Part shown: positions 11,298 to 24,189 of the stretch, piece after piece
Position numbering within the stretch: position 1 is the stretch's first letter
How the letters are laid out: every line of letters starts with the position of its first letter
Source of the DNA: Utricularia gibba
Taxonomy: Eukaryota; Plantae; Magnoliophyta
Direction of reading: 5' to 3'
DNA: 64,000 nt
Assembly (NCBI GenBank): GCA_002189035.1
Contig: NEEC01000008.1
Location: 868,001 to 932,000 of the forward strand
The notes under the pieces: generated by a model
The model's database searches: none
What the model was told of the DNA's origin: nothing
Seen by the model: the letters and a program-made list of their open reading frames with translations, nothing else
Position numbers and translations under genes: made by a program

Positions 11298-12948
11298 TAT
11301 TTATGCGTTGTACCTTTCAGAGGAGCCCTCGTTCTCCCTGAATCCCTCACCTCATGGCGATAGTTTGCTGTGACAAAGAGCAGCTTAGATACACCTACAA
11401 GCTACTAATTCCTCGTTTCCACAGGCAATGTGGAGGCCAGCAGCATCAAGGAGGCATGAAACGTGGGATGTTTCAAAGAACAGAATCTCTCTGGCAGAGT
11501 TCATGCATACAGTAAATTGTTGCCGAGATTGATGCATGTTACTGCAACAATGAGCGTGAGGCTCCCACCATTGAGGAGAGTGTAGTATTACATTGGGGAG
11601 GATAAGAGATTAAATAGAAGCATCATTCGAATTTTGTATAATTTTTCTTTCGAGCACGATTGAGTTATCTTAGATGGAAATAACAAAGTTAAACGTGTTT
11701 AGGTTGAAATAATTCCGAGATGGATAATCATTTGGGAAGCTAATTAATGATATAAAAATAAGAAAAAATTGAGTTAATTTCATATTGAATAAAAAATGTT
11801 TATATGATTTTTTCAATTTATGATATATTTAAAATATATGTCATGGATCATGTGTATCATAATTCATATTATTTTATATGATATTATTTATTTTGAATAT
11901 TTAATTTCTAAGATTTTATATGATTTTATATTAATTTTTTATGGATACTTTTTTATAAGATTAGAGTGGTTCCTTATTTTAAGTACATCTAAAATTTATG
12001 TATATAATAAATGTGACATGTCAATGCCCTTGAGACGATACCTTATAATAGTTCAAAAATCATGATTGCTCTACAATTTAAAAATCTTGATTATCAAATA
12101 TAATTGCTTAGTATAATTAATAATTTAAAATTTATTTGATTGTGTTTCTTGAAAAATATTTCTCAATAAGTAATTTTAATTTAAAATATTAGAAATGCTC
12201 TATATTATTTTTAAAAAAATTAGAAAAATGTCAAATAGAATTTAATATGAGAATTCGATGTTCAAAATTAGGTTAAAAGTGGAAAAGGATTCTCTTTGAA
12301 GTCTTCCGACCTGCATTCACTTGGATCTCTCCACGGAAAGCCTTATTGCCATCCTCAGCCATTTGGAATTGCAACTCGAGCGAACGGCGATTTCAGTCCC
12401 TGGGTTTTCCTCCCGTTGATTTGGGGTACGGTAGCCCACTTCGTTAATTCTGGTACCCTTATTTCTATTCTGTGTTCCTGTACTTTCCGTTCGAATCATA
12501 CTAAACGCTAATTTGATGTAATGTTTGATCATTCTCTACACTTGTTAACGATATGTGTTGAAGGGATTTTCCCAGCGAGTCTCCTTTACTATGTTAAGGC
12601 GGAAGTAATTGCAAAATCATATCGCCTCCTAGGTGTTTGATGAAATGTCTCTTAGAACAGTCATTCTTGTGAATTTTTCTGTCATGGATCTTTCTGCATT
12701 GGTTTAGCTGATATCTAAATAGGATTTTTGCGGATGTATTGGGTGTCTGGGGGCTCTGGTAGTAATAGAGAAGGTTTGTGTGATATTTCTCACGGTCTTC
12801 TTTTTCCTGGGGCGGCATGGTTACGTGGTTAATATCTGCATTGTTGCCGATCGTTCTTTTTTTTTTTGTACACGTTTATTTGGTTGTCATTTCTGGGTTG
12901 CTACCTTGTGCGACTCAAGCTCTTGATTTGGCGATTGCAGCACTCAAA

Positions 12949-13580
12949 ATGGGAAGACGGATAGTAAACTTTGCCAATTTGCCCATAAAACTGCTGATGC
13001 CTTCATCCTTCTCTAATATTACAGAGATTGCTCTCAAAACCATCCCCTCTGCGACCAAGGTTTGTGCACAAGCTAGTTTTAAGTTTTCATCAAAGTTCAG
13101 CATGCTTATGTAATCCTCTATTCGCAGATTGAGATTAAAAGGGTTCTGGAATCTTTATACGGTTTCGAGGTGGACAGGGTGCATACCCTAAATATGGATG
13201 GTAAAAAGATCAAGAGAGGCGGGATTCTGCTTGCCAAACCAGATTACAAGAAGGCTTATGTGACGCTCAGGAACCCTCTTTCGCTTGACCCAGATCTATA
13301 TCCCATCAAGCTGATTGAGGAGGAACGGAAAAGGACAATGAACAAGGAGTCAAAATCAACCATCGTGGAGGACACAACAAGATCCCATTGGCTTGATCAG
13401 GACACCCGTACCAACAAACTTGGTGACCGTCGTGGCCGATTCAACAAACCAGAACGATTCCCCAAGCCTGAACAACGACACCGCTTTGGTGAGACAAGTT
13501 CCCACAAGGCGAACTCCAACTCCGGAGCCAAGTTTCCTTGGAGCAGCATGACCAATAAGGTTTCCAATGGAGGAAGATAA
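12949..13580 (+). CDS. Mitochondrial-type ribosomal protein uL23 (At4g39880-like), 2 coding exons
   Basis: MGRRIVNFANLPIKLLMP...IALKTIPSATK|IEIKRVLESLYGFEVDRVHTLNMDGKK...KPDYKKAYVTL. Confidence 0.88.
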
Positions 13581-14117
13581 CACAGCATCCATTATCTCTG
13601 TATCTCCTTGTGGCAAGCAGTTCCTGAGCACATGTCCTGCTTCCGTAGATTGGACACTTGGGTTCCCAGGATTTACTATGTTTTACTTGGTTCAGTTTTC
13701 TTGCTAATCAACCCTGTCTTGGAGACGTTTGAAATGAATTAGCTCTTCAGACAAAATGTTCATGCTGGATGGTACTGGGCCCGATTATGGACTGTGTTGG
13801 GCTACATATCTCAAAGCCCAATATTAATATAAATATTAATATATTTTGTAATACTCACCTAACGCAGACGTGGTTGAAGGTGAACCTAGTATTTGATCCA
13901 CTGGTGGAAATGTCGATATTACCCCTAACGCCCTTGACTCTGGTCTGGGGTCTCTGTCACTCGATACAACCAAAGCCAGAATCTTACAAACGTTATCTTT
14001 AATTAATCTCCACCATCCATTTCCACTGATCCTACGGCTCTCCTCTCTCACCACATCCTTCCAGGCAATAAAAATCTGCGACGAACTCTCCGCCACTAAG
14101 TTCCACTGCACTCTTCC

Positions 14118-15506
14118 ATGGCGTCCGTCGTCCTCAAATCCTTCGTGGGACTCCGATCCGAGGACGTGAATGCAGTGGTTCTCCAAAATTCGGCCGCCAT
14201 TTCCCGTTCCCGACGGAGATCTGTTGTGGTTGCCTCGAAATCCAGTCCCAGAGTGACCGGGCGGAACCTGCGGGTCGCGGTGGTCGGAGGAGGGCCTGCT
14301 GGCGGATCCGCGGCTGAGACGCTGGCTAAAGGTGGGATCGAGACTATTCTGATTGAGAGGAAGCTTGATAACTGCAAGCCATGCGGCGGCGCCATTCCTC
14401 TCTGTATGATTGGAGAATTCGATTTGCCGCTGGATATAATCGACCGTCGAGTCACGAAGATGAAGATGATTTCGCCGTCCAATGTGGCGGTGGACATTGG
14501 AAGAACTCTGAAGCCTCACGAGTATATTGGAATGGTGCGCCGGGAGGTACTCGACGCTTACCTCCGCGACCGCGCCGCCGCTGCCGGTGCCAGTATCATT
14601 AACGGCCTCTTCCTCAAAATGGATGTTCCTCAGTCCAAGAACGCGCCGTACGTTCTTCATTACACTGATTTCAACGCCAAAACCGGTGCCGCCGGCGAAA
14701 AGAAGACTCTTGAGGTGGACGCAGTTATCGGCGCAGACGGCGCAAATTCACGCGTTGCTAAGGGAATCGACGCTGGAGACTACGACTACGCCATTGCTTT
14801 CCAAGAGCGCATCAAAATCTCCGATGACAAAATGAAGTACTATGAGGATTTGGCCGAGATGTACGTCGGCGACGACGTCTCCCCTGATTTCTATGGCTGG
14901 GTTTTCCCTAAATGTGACCACGTCGCCGTGGGAACAGGAACTGTTACCCACAAAGGTGACATCAAGAAGCTCCAATTCGCAACCAGACTCCGCGCACGCG
15001 ACAAAATCGACGGCGGAAAAATCATCCGCGTCGAGGCCCACCCAATCCCGGAACACCCCCGTCCACGGAGAGTATCCGACCGCGTCGCCCTCGTTGGTGA
15101 CGCCGCTGGATACGTAACAAAATGTTCCGGCGAAGGGATCTACTTCGCTGCGAAGAGTGGTCGGATGTGCGCGGAGGCGATCGTGGAGGGATCCGAGAAC
15201 GGGAAACGGATGGTGGATGAGAGCGACCTCCGAGTGTATCTGGAGAAATGGGACAAAACCTACTGGCCAACTTACAAAGTTCTCGACATTTTGCAGAAGG
15301 TGTTCTACAGATCAAATCCGGCGAAAGAAGCGTTCGTGGAGATGTGCGCCGACGAGTACGTGCAGAAGATGACCTTCGATAGCTATCTGTACAAGCGCGT
15401 GGTTCCTGGGAACCCACTGGACGATTTGAAGCTCGCCGTGAACACCATTGGAAGTCTGGTTAGGGCAAATGCGCTGAGGAAGGAGATGCAGAAACTCACC
15501 GTGTAA
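14118..15506 (+). CDS. CHLP: Geranylgeranyl diphosphate reductase, chloroplastic, intronless
   Basis: Transit peptide, VAVVGGGPAGGSAA, KPCGGAIPLCM, DAVIGADGANSRVA, GDAAGYVTKCSGEGIYFA; 462-aa uninterrupted ORF. Confidence 0.97.
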   Translation: MASVVLKSFVGLRSEDVNAVVLQNSAAISRSRRRSVVVASKSSPRVTGRNLRVAVVGGGPAGGSAAETLAKGGIETILIERKLDNCKPCGGAIPLCMIGEFDLPLDIIDRRVTKMKMISPSNVAVDIGRTLKPHEYIGMVRREVLDAYLRDRAAAAGASIINGLFLKMDVPQSKNAPYVLHYTDFNAKTGAAGEKKTLEVDAVIGADGANSRVAKGIDAGDYDYAIAFQERIKISDDKMKYYEDLAEMYVGDDVSPDFYGWVFPKCDHVAVGTGTVTHKGDIKKLQFATRLRARDKIDGGKIIRVEAHPIPEHPRPRRVSDRVALVGDAAGYVTKCSGEGIYFAAKSGRMCAEAIVEGSENGKRMVDESDLRVYLEKWDKTYWPTYKVLDILQKVFYRSNPAKEAFVEMCADEYVQKMTFDSYLYKRVVPGNPLDDLKLAVNTIGSLVRANALRKEMQKLTV

Positions 15507-15715
15507 CCGCGGGTGCTCTTAATGTTGTACGCTGCGCTGTATTTGTTGTACTTTTAGCTGGAATTTACAACTTATCTCTGTGCCCACCATCGGAAGAATT
15601 TTGATTCTTGAAATTGGAAATAGACGTGGCTTTTAAAAACTCGATCTTGTGAAGTCTTTGTTTGACTCCCATTTGACCGTTTTCGATAACGTAAATTTGA
15701 AAAAAAATAAAAAAT

Positions 15716-15723
15716 TGTCAAGA

Positions 15724-15755
<32 letters not shown>

Positions 15756-15795
15756 TACCTGAAACTGGCGCCTTAGACCGCTCGGCCATCTTGAC
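15716..15795 (-). tRNA. tRNA-Leu(CAG)
   Basis: GTCAAGATGGCCGAGCGGTCTAAGGCG-CCAGT-TTCAGGT-ACTGG-TCCGAAAGGGC-GTGGGTTCAAATCCCAC-TCTTGACA; long variable arm; oligo-T Pol III terminator downstream. Confidence 0.97.
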
Positions 15796-16073
15796 ATTTG
15801 TGTATAATTTGTGTTTACTAAACAACTTATAGATAATCCCAAACGGTCCTCTCAACAGACGATACTATGCTGCTACAAGGAGCAGGCGAGCGGTGAAATG
15901 CTTGCTTGTGTACTGCAGTCTGCAGATATTTTCTCACTTATATTATTGTAATCAATTTTTCCATTGAAAAAACACTCATTCTCTTGGAGTGAAATGCTTG
16001 CTCTGCATAAATTTGGTAGTGAGAGTACTCATGCTCACATCAAGTGGCCTCGGAGAAACAGGAATCTCCTTGC

Positions 16074-17544
16074 TTACGCAAAATTTGAAACAATGTCTTC
16101 GGCTTCTGAAAGGGATCCTCCTTTCTCCTCTGAATACAGTATCTTCTTGATGGCCAACGCCATTGGAAGATTTTCCAGTTCAGGACTTTGACAGAGTACT
16201 TCTATGTCCCTTAACTTGGAAAAGTAGAAGTCCCTTTCCTTCTCCAACAGATCCACAGAGATCTTCAGATCAGTCAGCTGTTTCATGTCATCAACCCGAG
16301 AATCAAGCACTGATCGTCTCATGGATACGGAATGGATCAATCAATGCAAGTAAGCAGCATACCTCATTTGTCAATGCTTGAATTTGAGCACAAGAGTTTG
16401 CAACTTTCCCTTGTTTTACATCTGTCATGCCCACCGAATGCTGGTTGCCATTATACTTGACTGCTGCGGCATTCCCATCATCACATGAACCGGGAGGATT
16501 GCAGGTGTTGTTTACTTGCAGTGACTTGGCGTTCTTCTGTGAGCACCTGGGGTTTCTATCCTTGGCACCCTTCCCTCTCCTTTCGACTGGATTGTAGTTC
16601 CTGGGGAAGCGTTTTGCAGTAAGGAAGCTGACATAAAAAGCTAGATCAATGACTGCTGAGATACAAGAGGCCTCCTTACTCATTCATCATTCCACCGTTC
16701 ACGGAATCACAGTAGCGTTTCAACCACTGCAGAAACTCCAGGTTGTCTAGCGGCCTTCCTTTCACAAGTTTGTTCACCTCGATGTTCTACAGTGAATGAT
16801 GATGAATAAACAACACACAGTTCTGAAGGGTGCATCAAGTATGGTATGGCAATGGCAAAGAACAAGTACCTTTGTGATCTTGAGTTTGTTGAAGATCTCT
16901 TGAAGGATTTTGTAGTTCTGTATCATATCGTACTCAGTTTTCGCTTCAAAATTCACCTGCAACAAGACAACCTTGATGAAAGGGCTTCCATTACGCAATG
17001 TGGTTCATTTAAGACTGGATTATCACCTTGTGGATGGGAACAACTCCTGGATGTGCCATGTCCATCAACTGGCACTGCACAGCTCCAGAGGCCGCCTAGA
17101 AGGGATCATCAGATGTATCAGAAGGTAGTTCATACAGATATTTCACAGCAAATATTACACATTGGCATTAATTTCAATTCAAGAACAGAAGAACGACAGG
17201 AAGATAATGATTTTTCACATTCACCACAATGCCTATTCTTAAGATGCTTAGACACAGAAATCAGTGAAATCCCACTAAATCTTGAAACCCAGAAAAACAT
17301 CTCCAAATTGAGCGTCCATACAAACTCTCTACAGGATAATTAACCAAGAAACGGCCGGCGAATCCTCCATTGCAGAGGAAAACAGAGCAAGGTAAGAATT
17401 CTTTGGGGCACCCAGAAATCATGGAAAATTGGAAAGATGGTGTTGTTATTCGGTCACCTCTTCTACGCGGGAGAGGTTCAGCTGAAGCCTGGAGTTGATC
17501 CAAGCAAGAATCTCGGTCCGCCCAACGTAGTACGCGCCTTCCAT
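16074..17544 (-). CDS. EB1: Microtubule end-binding protein EB1 (RP/EB family), multi-exon
   Basis: [29 protein letters not shown]|[12 protein letters not shown]...|[19 protein letters not shown]|...[19 protein letters not shown]; C-terminal [16 protein letters not shown]. Confidence 0.93.
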
Positions 17545-20009
17545 CTCGAGAGCAACCCAAAATCTATCGAGGGAAGAACACAAATCCAACTATCCTGGTA
17601 AGCAATACCTATCCTATCTACCGGCTGCCCCGATCCAGCGTTCGACAATATATACAGAAAAGTGATAAGAAGAAGCCAGAGAGAGAAGACCGGAAATTCA
17701 AAACCTTGTTACCGTTGGAGACTCGTACGCGTGCAGTTCGAAGCTCGAAAGCTAAATCCCCTGAAACAAAGTCCGGTCTCCAACGGTCATATTAAACCAT
17801 TTGTGATTCAAATTATTATATTATATTTCTTTTCAAAAAATCAGTGAATAAATTATTATCCCTGTTGAGCCTGGGCCTTATACCTTGGCCCATCTTTAGA
17901 AAAAAGTTAGATGAAAAGCCCAATAAGAATGATTGATGCATCTCATTTTAATTATTAATTGTGTTCCTAAGAAATGCAACTCCCCACCTCCCATAAATAA
18001 AATTCTCAAAGTCATTCAAAATATCAAAAGTTTCATTCCAAATAAATTTATAAAAAAAATTCAAATGAAAGCATTTTCTCAATGAAATTTATAGTAGAAT
18101 CATGATCGAACACAAAAATATGTTGCTTCTATTATGCTAATATGATTCAAAATCACACAATAATCTAGCTTTAAGTCTTAACTAAAATTAACCCTTGGAT
18201 ACATAAGCACTTCGAGGAGTTTCAAGTGAACTTATTCTTCCCAAATTATGTGTCTGCCTATTTTGCATGCTGTTTTTTGAAAAATATATTATCTTCTTTT
18301 ATATAATTTACTTTTCCAACATAACATTGAATAAATTAAAACATTATTTCATCATTTTATTGTTAATATGGTTTTTTAATACCTTTTATATATGTTCAAT
18401 TATACATTTTTATACCAAATGTATATTAAGCAGATCTTTCTAGAATCTTTATTCATATCAATTAATTTATTCTATACTTAATATCATATAAATTAAAAGA
18501 TACTACTAAATAAATTAATGGTATACAATACCAACAACGCACGAGGGGACACGGAGGTCCCATGCGGACCCGCCCCGACAGCGCTTGCGAACACACAGGA
18601 ACCCGACCCGTGCAGCGCACGTCAACGTCGATACCTTTTTTTTTCTAAATATTCATTCACATTTTAAATTTTCCCCAAAATAAGAAAATCGGTCTCTTTC
18701 CGGCCCAAACCCTAACGCCCCCCGTGCTCATACGCAGCGAATCCGATCACGGAGACGCCGGGCGTCGGACGGGCTCGAACGAATCCGACGGACGAGGGGC
18801 TCGGCGGCTTGCGCGATGGCAATAGGTGTATGTACGGTAGCTTTTGGGGATCCCTTTTGGTTGGTGCAGGTTTGATTTTCAGATTTTTAATGGATAAACC
18901 GTTATCTGTACCTCCAATTTTCATTGTGATACAACCAACGAAAAACCACATGACGTGTCGGGGAAAATACCCCACATTTTTTCGGGAATAAAAATAAATT
19001 ATATTCTGGTGGGGCCAATTCAATAATTTGCTACCCCATGTCTAAAATTTATGGAATCTTGTTTGTAAATTAACTTTATTTTATTTTCAAAAAAAAAAAT
19101 GATTTTACATTTCAAATATATACCTGATTTTCTTCCATGAGAATCAATTATTTAGAATCAATTCAATTATCTGATAAATATGAATGTGTATCTTCTCGTA
19201 CATAATTTTTTTTTAAAAAAGATTTTAACAAATAAATTTAATATTATATACATTTGTTAATATGGAATTACAATTAATACCATTTTTAAAATAAATAATA
19301 ATTATATAATTTAGTTAAGAATTTTATAAATATTGATATTATATCATTTGTTTTATTTAAATAAATTTATAAAATAGGATTATTAATAAATAAAGGTAAA
19401 TATATAATTTATTTAAAAAACACTTTTTATTTTTTTTCACTCCAAACGTTAATCAGTTATATAAAATTATTTTTAAAAAGCATTTTTCAAATATATATCA
19501 ATTTTTATTTTATTAGAATTTTCAAAATAAATTCTTTATTGATTTTTCCAAATGTTGCTTATATATTTTACATAAATATTTCATATTTTAATTAAATAAT
19601 ATTTTAAAATATTATAATATTCCAATATTTATTAATAAGCCCGGCACAACCTAGCAGTTACCCAACAGTACTTGTTTTACTGTATGACTAAATTAAATGA
19701 GGCTTCTAGAATCTTTCCTGAAATTTGAGGGGCATTCTAATATCGTTATAATCTGTGAAAAAATTCTATTAATAATGCGCTATATATAGAAAGTCTAATT
19801 CTAATTTGCGCAATGCTAATGATTACCGAGACATGATTTACTTGATTCCAGACTGGACCATGACCTTCTACCCAGAAACCCTAAATTGGTCGGCCTCGTG
19901 GATACACCTCCGATGTCACGCCGGCGTCGATCACCGGTGCAGCTCCGATGCCGTTTAAATTGGGGAAGAAGGAGTCTATATGTAACTGTAATAACTACCT
20001 TTACCTTTC

Positions 20010-20128
20010 CTCCTCTGGAAGACCCAATCAGATATTGGGAAGGTCCTTATAGAATAGTTGACCTAGTCGCACCCGAGCCCTACACACATGGAAGGCAAGA
20101 ATTGTCCAAGTCATGGAACATTGATTAA
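20010..20128 (+). mobile_element. Short remnant of Ty3/gypsy (Tat-like) integrase C-terminus
   Basis: RYWEGPYRIVDLV...GRQELSKSWN resembles KWEGPYQISRVIG...GVEFPRSWN of the Tat integrase at 63446-63787 in this window. Confidence 0.55.
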
Positions 20129-20964
20129 TCATATGCTAGTTTTATAATGATTCATGCTCGTCTTTTAGTATATTATTCGTTTGATCATCCAATCTTCATG
20201 ATTTTTTTTTTCATATTTATAATCTTTTTCTAGAAAGTCACATATTCTAATTTTACTTTAGATCAAACATATTTAACTTTTGAATTCTTATTAAAAATTT
20301 TCCATCATCTCAGATAAAAAGTCTGATATAAGATTTGTATGATTATTCTATTCAATCATCATCAAATTTTAACATGTTAAAATTAAAGATTCAATAAACG
20401 TAAATCACAATTGAAAAGATTAGATTTAATTAATTATTCATGATTTATATCTATTATATATTTGATTGTATCATGTAATTTATCAATGTATGATTGTCTG
20501 CTCTAATCCAACATATCCGATAGTTTTATGACTATTGGCAATTTATGGCATGCTTAGGGTTTTTTGAAGCTTCCTACCTGGAAAAGGGTTCCAAACATTC
20601 ATGCAGGGGAACATACAAAATGAATGCTCCAGAACTGTGGAATTAGAATTTGCCATGGCATTTAAAAGGCATGCTACTTTCAGACTCCACGTCTCTTGGG
20701 CCCGTATCCTGCATTTTTTTAGTAGCAACTTGGGGGACAGGGTTTCAACATCACATTCATGACGAACAGTACACAAACGCAATCCCATTTTAATAATGGA
20801 AGCAGCTTTGGGCGCATACAGAAACAAGAAAAGCATCCTTCGATCCAAAAGGGAAAAGACAACCAAAACATAGAGTGATCTGATCACTGCGAGCAGAAAA
20901 AAATGGATCCGAACAGAAGCCTCATACTGATGCTGCCCCTTGTTTAGTTATTGCTTCTAGTTTT

Positions 20965-21368
20965 TCACTGTTGGAGAAATCTTCTGATAATCTCTGCATC
21001 ATCCATGACAGTGACTTCTCCTCCGGGAGGGGGATGAGTTGGGACAGGCTCTCACTCAGAGCATCCACCTCCCTTGAAAGTGTCTTGATGTAGTTGCATG
21101 CCTCTTTCAGAATCCTTGATGGTGATGCCTGTCGCACTATCCCACATCAAAAAACCAAAACCAGACCAAAGAATTTCATGCCGAGCCCCCGTATTCATTC
21201 ACCATGTACATGGTTTTCTAGTCGTGCTCATGGAAGAGAAACGCTTACCCTTGGGTTGCTCCTCAAGGTGGAGGAATTGGGCAGCTTTGCCTGCAGTCTC
21301 AACAGGAGTTCGTTGATCTCATCTTCTGTGAGCCGTGGGGATGAAACTCTACCATTTTCGGAAGACAT
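20965..21368 (-). CDS. Atypical non-DNA-binding HLH protein (PRE/ILI family); needs +1 nt in a G5 run at 21029-21033
   Basis: [30 protein letters not shown]...|[31 protein letters not shown]; the canonical-looking tail [11 protein letters not shown] lies in a shifted frame. Intron 21129-21248. Confidence 0.85.
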
Positions 21369-24189
21369 GGTATCAGGCGTGGAGGAAGGAGGAGTTCCCG
21401 GAGGGAGGATCAATCAGATCAGCACCGGGGTTCTGGTATATACAGAGCAGAAAGCGAGTGGTTGCAACAAATTAAATACAAGTAGGACCCCGCTCGTTTG
21501 GCGTCTTACACGAAAAGAGGGATTAAAAAAAACACAGCTTGGGCCATCAAAAGAATATTGTATTCGCAGCTGTATAGCAAATTGAGCAAAAGAGACGGTG
21601 CGGACTCGCGCCTGGAAAACCTTCACATACATTGGATGCAATCGTCCGCAAAAGGATACATTCCCTCTTGACACCAGGATCGGGTACAACACAACCATCA
21701 AGAATCACACTCACTTCTCAGACTCAAGGGTTAAGTGTGCGCATTACCTTTTGTTGCAGGGCAAAGGAATCATCGACCGAGATGACCCGTGCGAGGAATC
21801 ATCCATCAGATCATCGTCGTCATCACCAAGTGGTGGATTACCCAAAAGGGAAAACGCCCTCTGATGCCTACCAAAGGGCATCCAGATGTGAAATGCCCTC
21901 CACTACAAAGGGAATCCTCCGACAACTGGATCCATATCCTGAAACGTACCAACATTCTCCTATCTTCTCTTCCTATCGGGAACAGAAACGATAAGTCAAA
22001 ATCAACCTAAACACTTTCCTTTGATTGCCGAGTATGCCTACTTTCTAGAGAGTTGAAAAACACCGAGCTCTAAAATCCTTGGAAACAAGGAGGGCTCTTC
22101 TTCTTGCATGGGATGCAGCTACTTTTGAAAAGTAATCCTGTACAATATATTTTAAGGTTCGTTTATATTAATTTATATTAAAACAAATTATTTGAAAAAC
22201 ATAATCATTGTAGAAAGTTTTATTTATGTAAAAAATCTTGATCATGTGTTTTATATACAATTTTACAATTAAATTCATATTATTATTATTATTATTATTA
22301 TTAAAATACATGTAATTAATAATTTATTATTTGATTGACAAAAATAGGTAATATCATATTTTATTATCGTGAGGTTAATAAAATCCATCTCATATAAGGG
22401 TTCGTGTTTCACGATAAACAAAGCAATACATAAGAAAATATATTAATATCTACCAAATGTGTGATTAAGATGTGTTATTTAACATAAAACTATTTTTTTA
22501 TATTTTATCAAACGAACCCTCAATTTTCACTTCTGCATTCTCATTACACTTTGTATCAATTCCTTGGATTTTCAATCATGGAATCATGTAATGAAATCAT
22601 TTTTCATTACATTTGAAACATCCTCAATTTTCATATGTCTAGTGATCACTTGTCCATTCTCTTTGTTTTAAATGGATGATAATGACCTAAAATTGATGGT
22701 TTCAAATTAAAGAATTAATTTGTTTTTCTAATATGATTAGAATGAGTATTTCAAAATTATGATTAAATCCAATTCAAAACCTTGATTATGGATAAAATCA
22801 AATACAATTTTTAAAAAATAAAAAAAAATTGAAATTTTGGAAGATGTAAGCCTATACAAGGATTTTCATTTTTTGATAATGAGTATACTTAAACATTAAT
22901 AGAATCGTTTTAAATTATTATAAAAATGATTAAATTAAAATACATGACTAAATGAGACAATAAGTTGAACCATTTTTTAAAATACTAATATGTCGTTTGA
23001 TAATATAATATTAATATATTTAGTAAAAAATTATATATTTAATTATATATAACATTTAATATTTGATAATAGAATTTTGAATATGGAAGTAATATAAATA
23101 TAATTAATCGCTTCTTCATTTATATATACTTTCGACATATTCAAAAAATAAGTATGTAAATGATATAATCATATAAGAGTAACATATATATAATAATTAA
23201 TTAAATAATGATTTGCATATAAATGTAAATATAAATTTTTTATAATATACTATTAAATACATTCTAAGTTAATGAACCATTTAATTTCATTGGTAGCATG
23301 ATCAAAGCAGCCTTGTGATTTGGTTATTTTGGTATTATTAAACTTATGTTTTCTTATTTTTTTCTAAAAAAAATTGCATTTTTCAAGAAATTTTTTTAAT
23401 AAAATAAAGTGAGATTTTTATTTTTTTGAATTTTTGTTATTGAGAGAAAATTATTTATATGACTAAATTCAGAGTTTGTGAGTCAGCTTTATCGATTAGG
23501 TAGTTTTTTGCCGCCCTGGTGCGCATTACAAATGCAGATGACCAATCCCTCGCTTTATTTCTTGATTTCTTGTTTCTGGGGTCAGAACCGTTTCCTTCTA
23601 CCGGAAGCGTTTGCGGGAAATGGATGGTTCTGCTGTCAAAGATCAATCCCTCTGGTATTTCAGTAGTGGCGTTGTGCTGGTTTGTTGATCGCGCTATGCT
23701 GTTGCCTCAATATTGTACTTCCCGCGTGAAACTTGCTGTCGGACGATTCAGCGATGGAAGAGAAGTGACTGGTGGCGGTCTCCTCGAATTCCGATTCGGT
23801 TATTAGAAGGTGCGTGATTACATTATGAATTGCGGAGATTTTTCGTTTTCCACAGTTTTTTTTGTTGCTACATCGAATGAGTAATTCTAGTGTTGATTCT
23901 GCTTATGATTTCAAAAAGGACAAATGGAAGTTCTCGAATCGCTTACTTCGTAGTTTTACAATTTATAGGGGAAAAAATGAATCTTGCGTGAGTAAGAGTA
24001 TGAATGTATTTAATGTTGAAGACAAATGACGACACCAGAGGATGAGACGTATACACATGAAGATAGCTGATGCTACTGAGGTCACACAGAGGATTACCCA
24101 GTGAAGATATTTTGGAGAATGTATAGTAGTTTTACAGTTTTTCCTTCTTTGAATGAAATATAAATATATGCTCATTGTAACTCTGGATT

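Noticed and set aside
12634-12715. TGATGA...CTGA with a weak terminal stem in the uL23 5' intron region
   Set aside because: No identifiable rRNA target; such motif pairs occur by chance in U-rich introns.
13836-15417. Several long antisense/alternate-frame ORFs over CHLP
   Set aside because: Shadow ORFs expected from GC-rich codon usage; no protein motifs.
18700-18720. AAACCCTAA as a possible telomerase RNA template
   Set aside because: No USE/TATA Pol III promoter or TR-like flanking motifs; the context is a standard telo-box next to site II.
21600-22050. Moderate-GC block upstream of the PRE-like gene
   Set aside because: No recognisable ORF, termini or RNA structure; possibly TE debris but not supportable.
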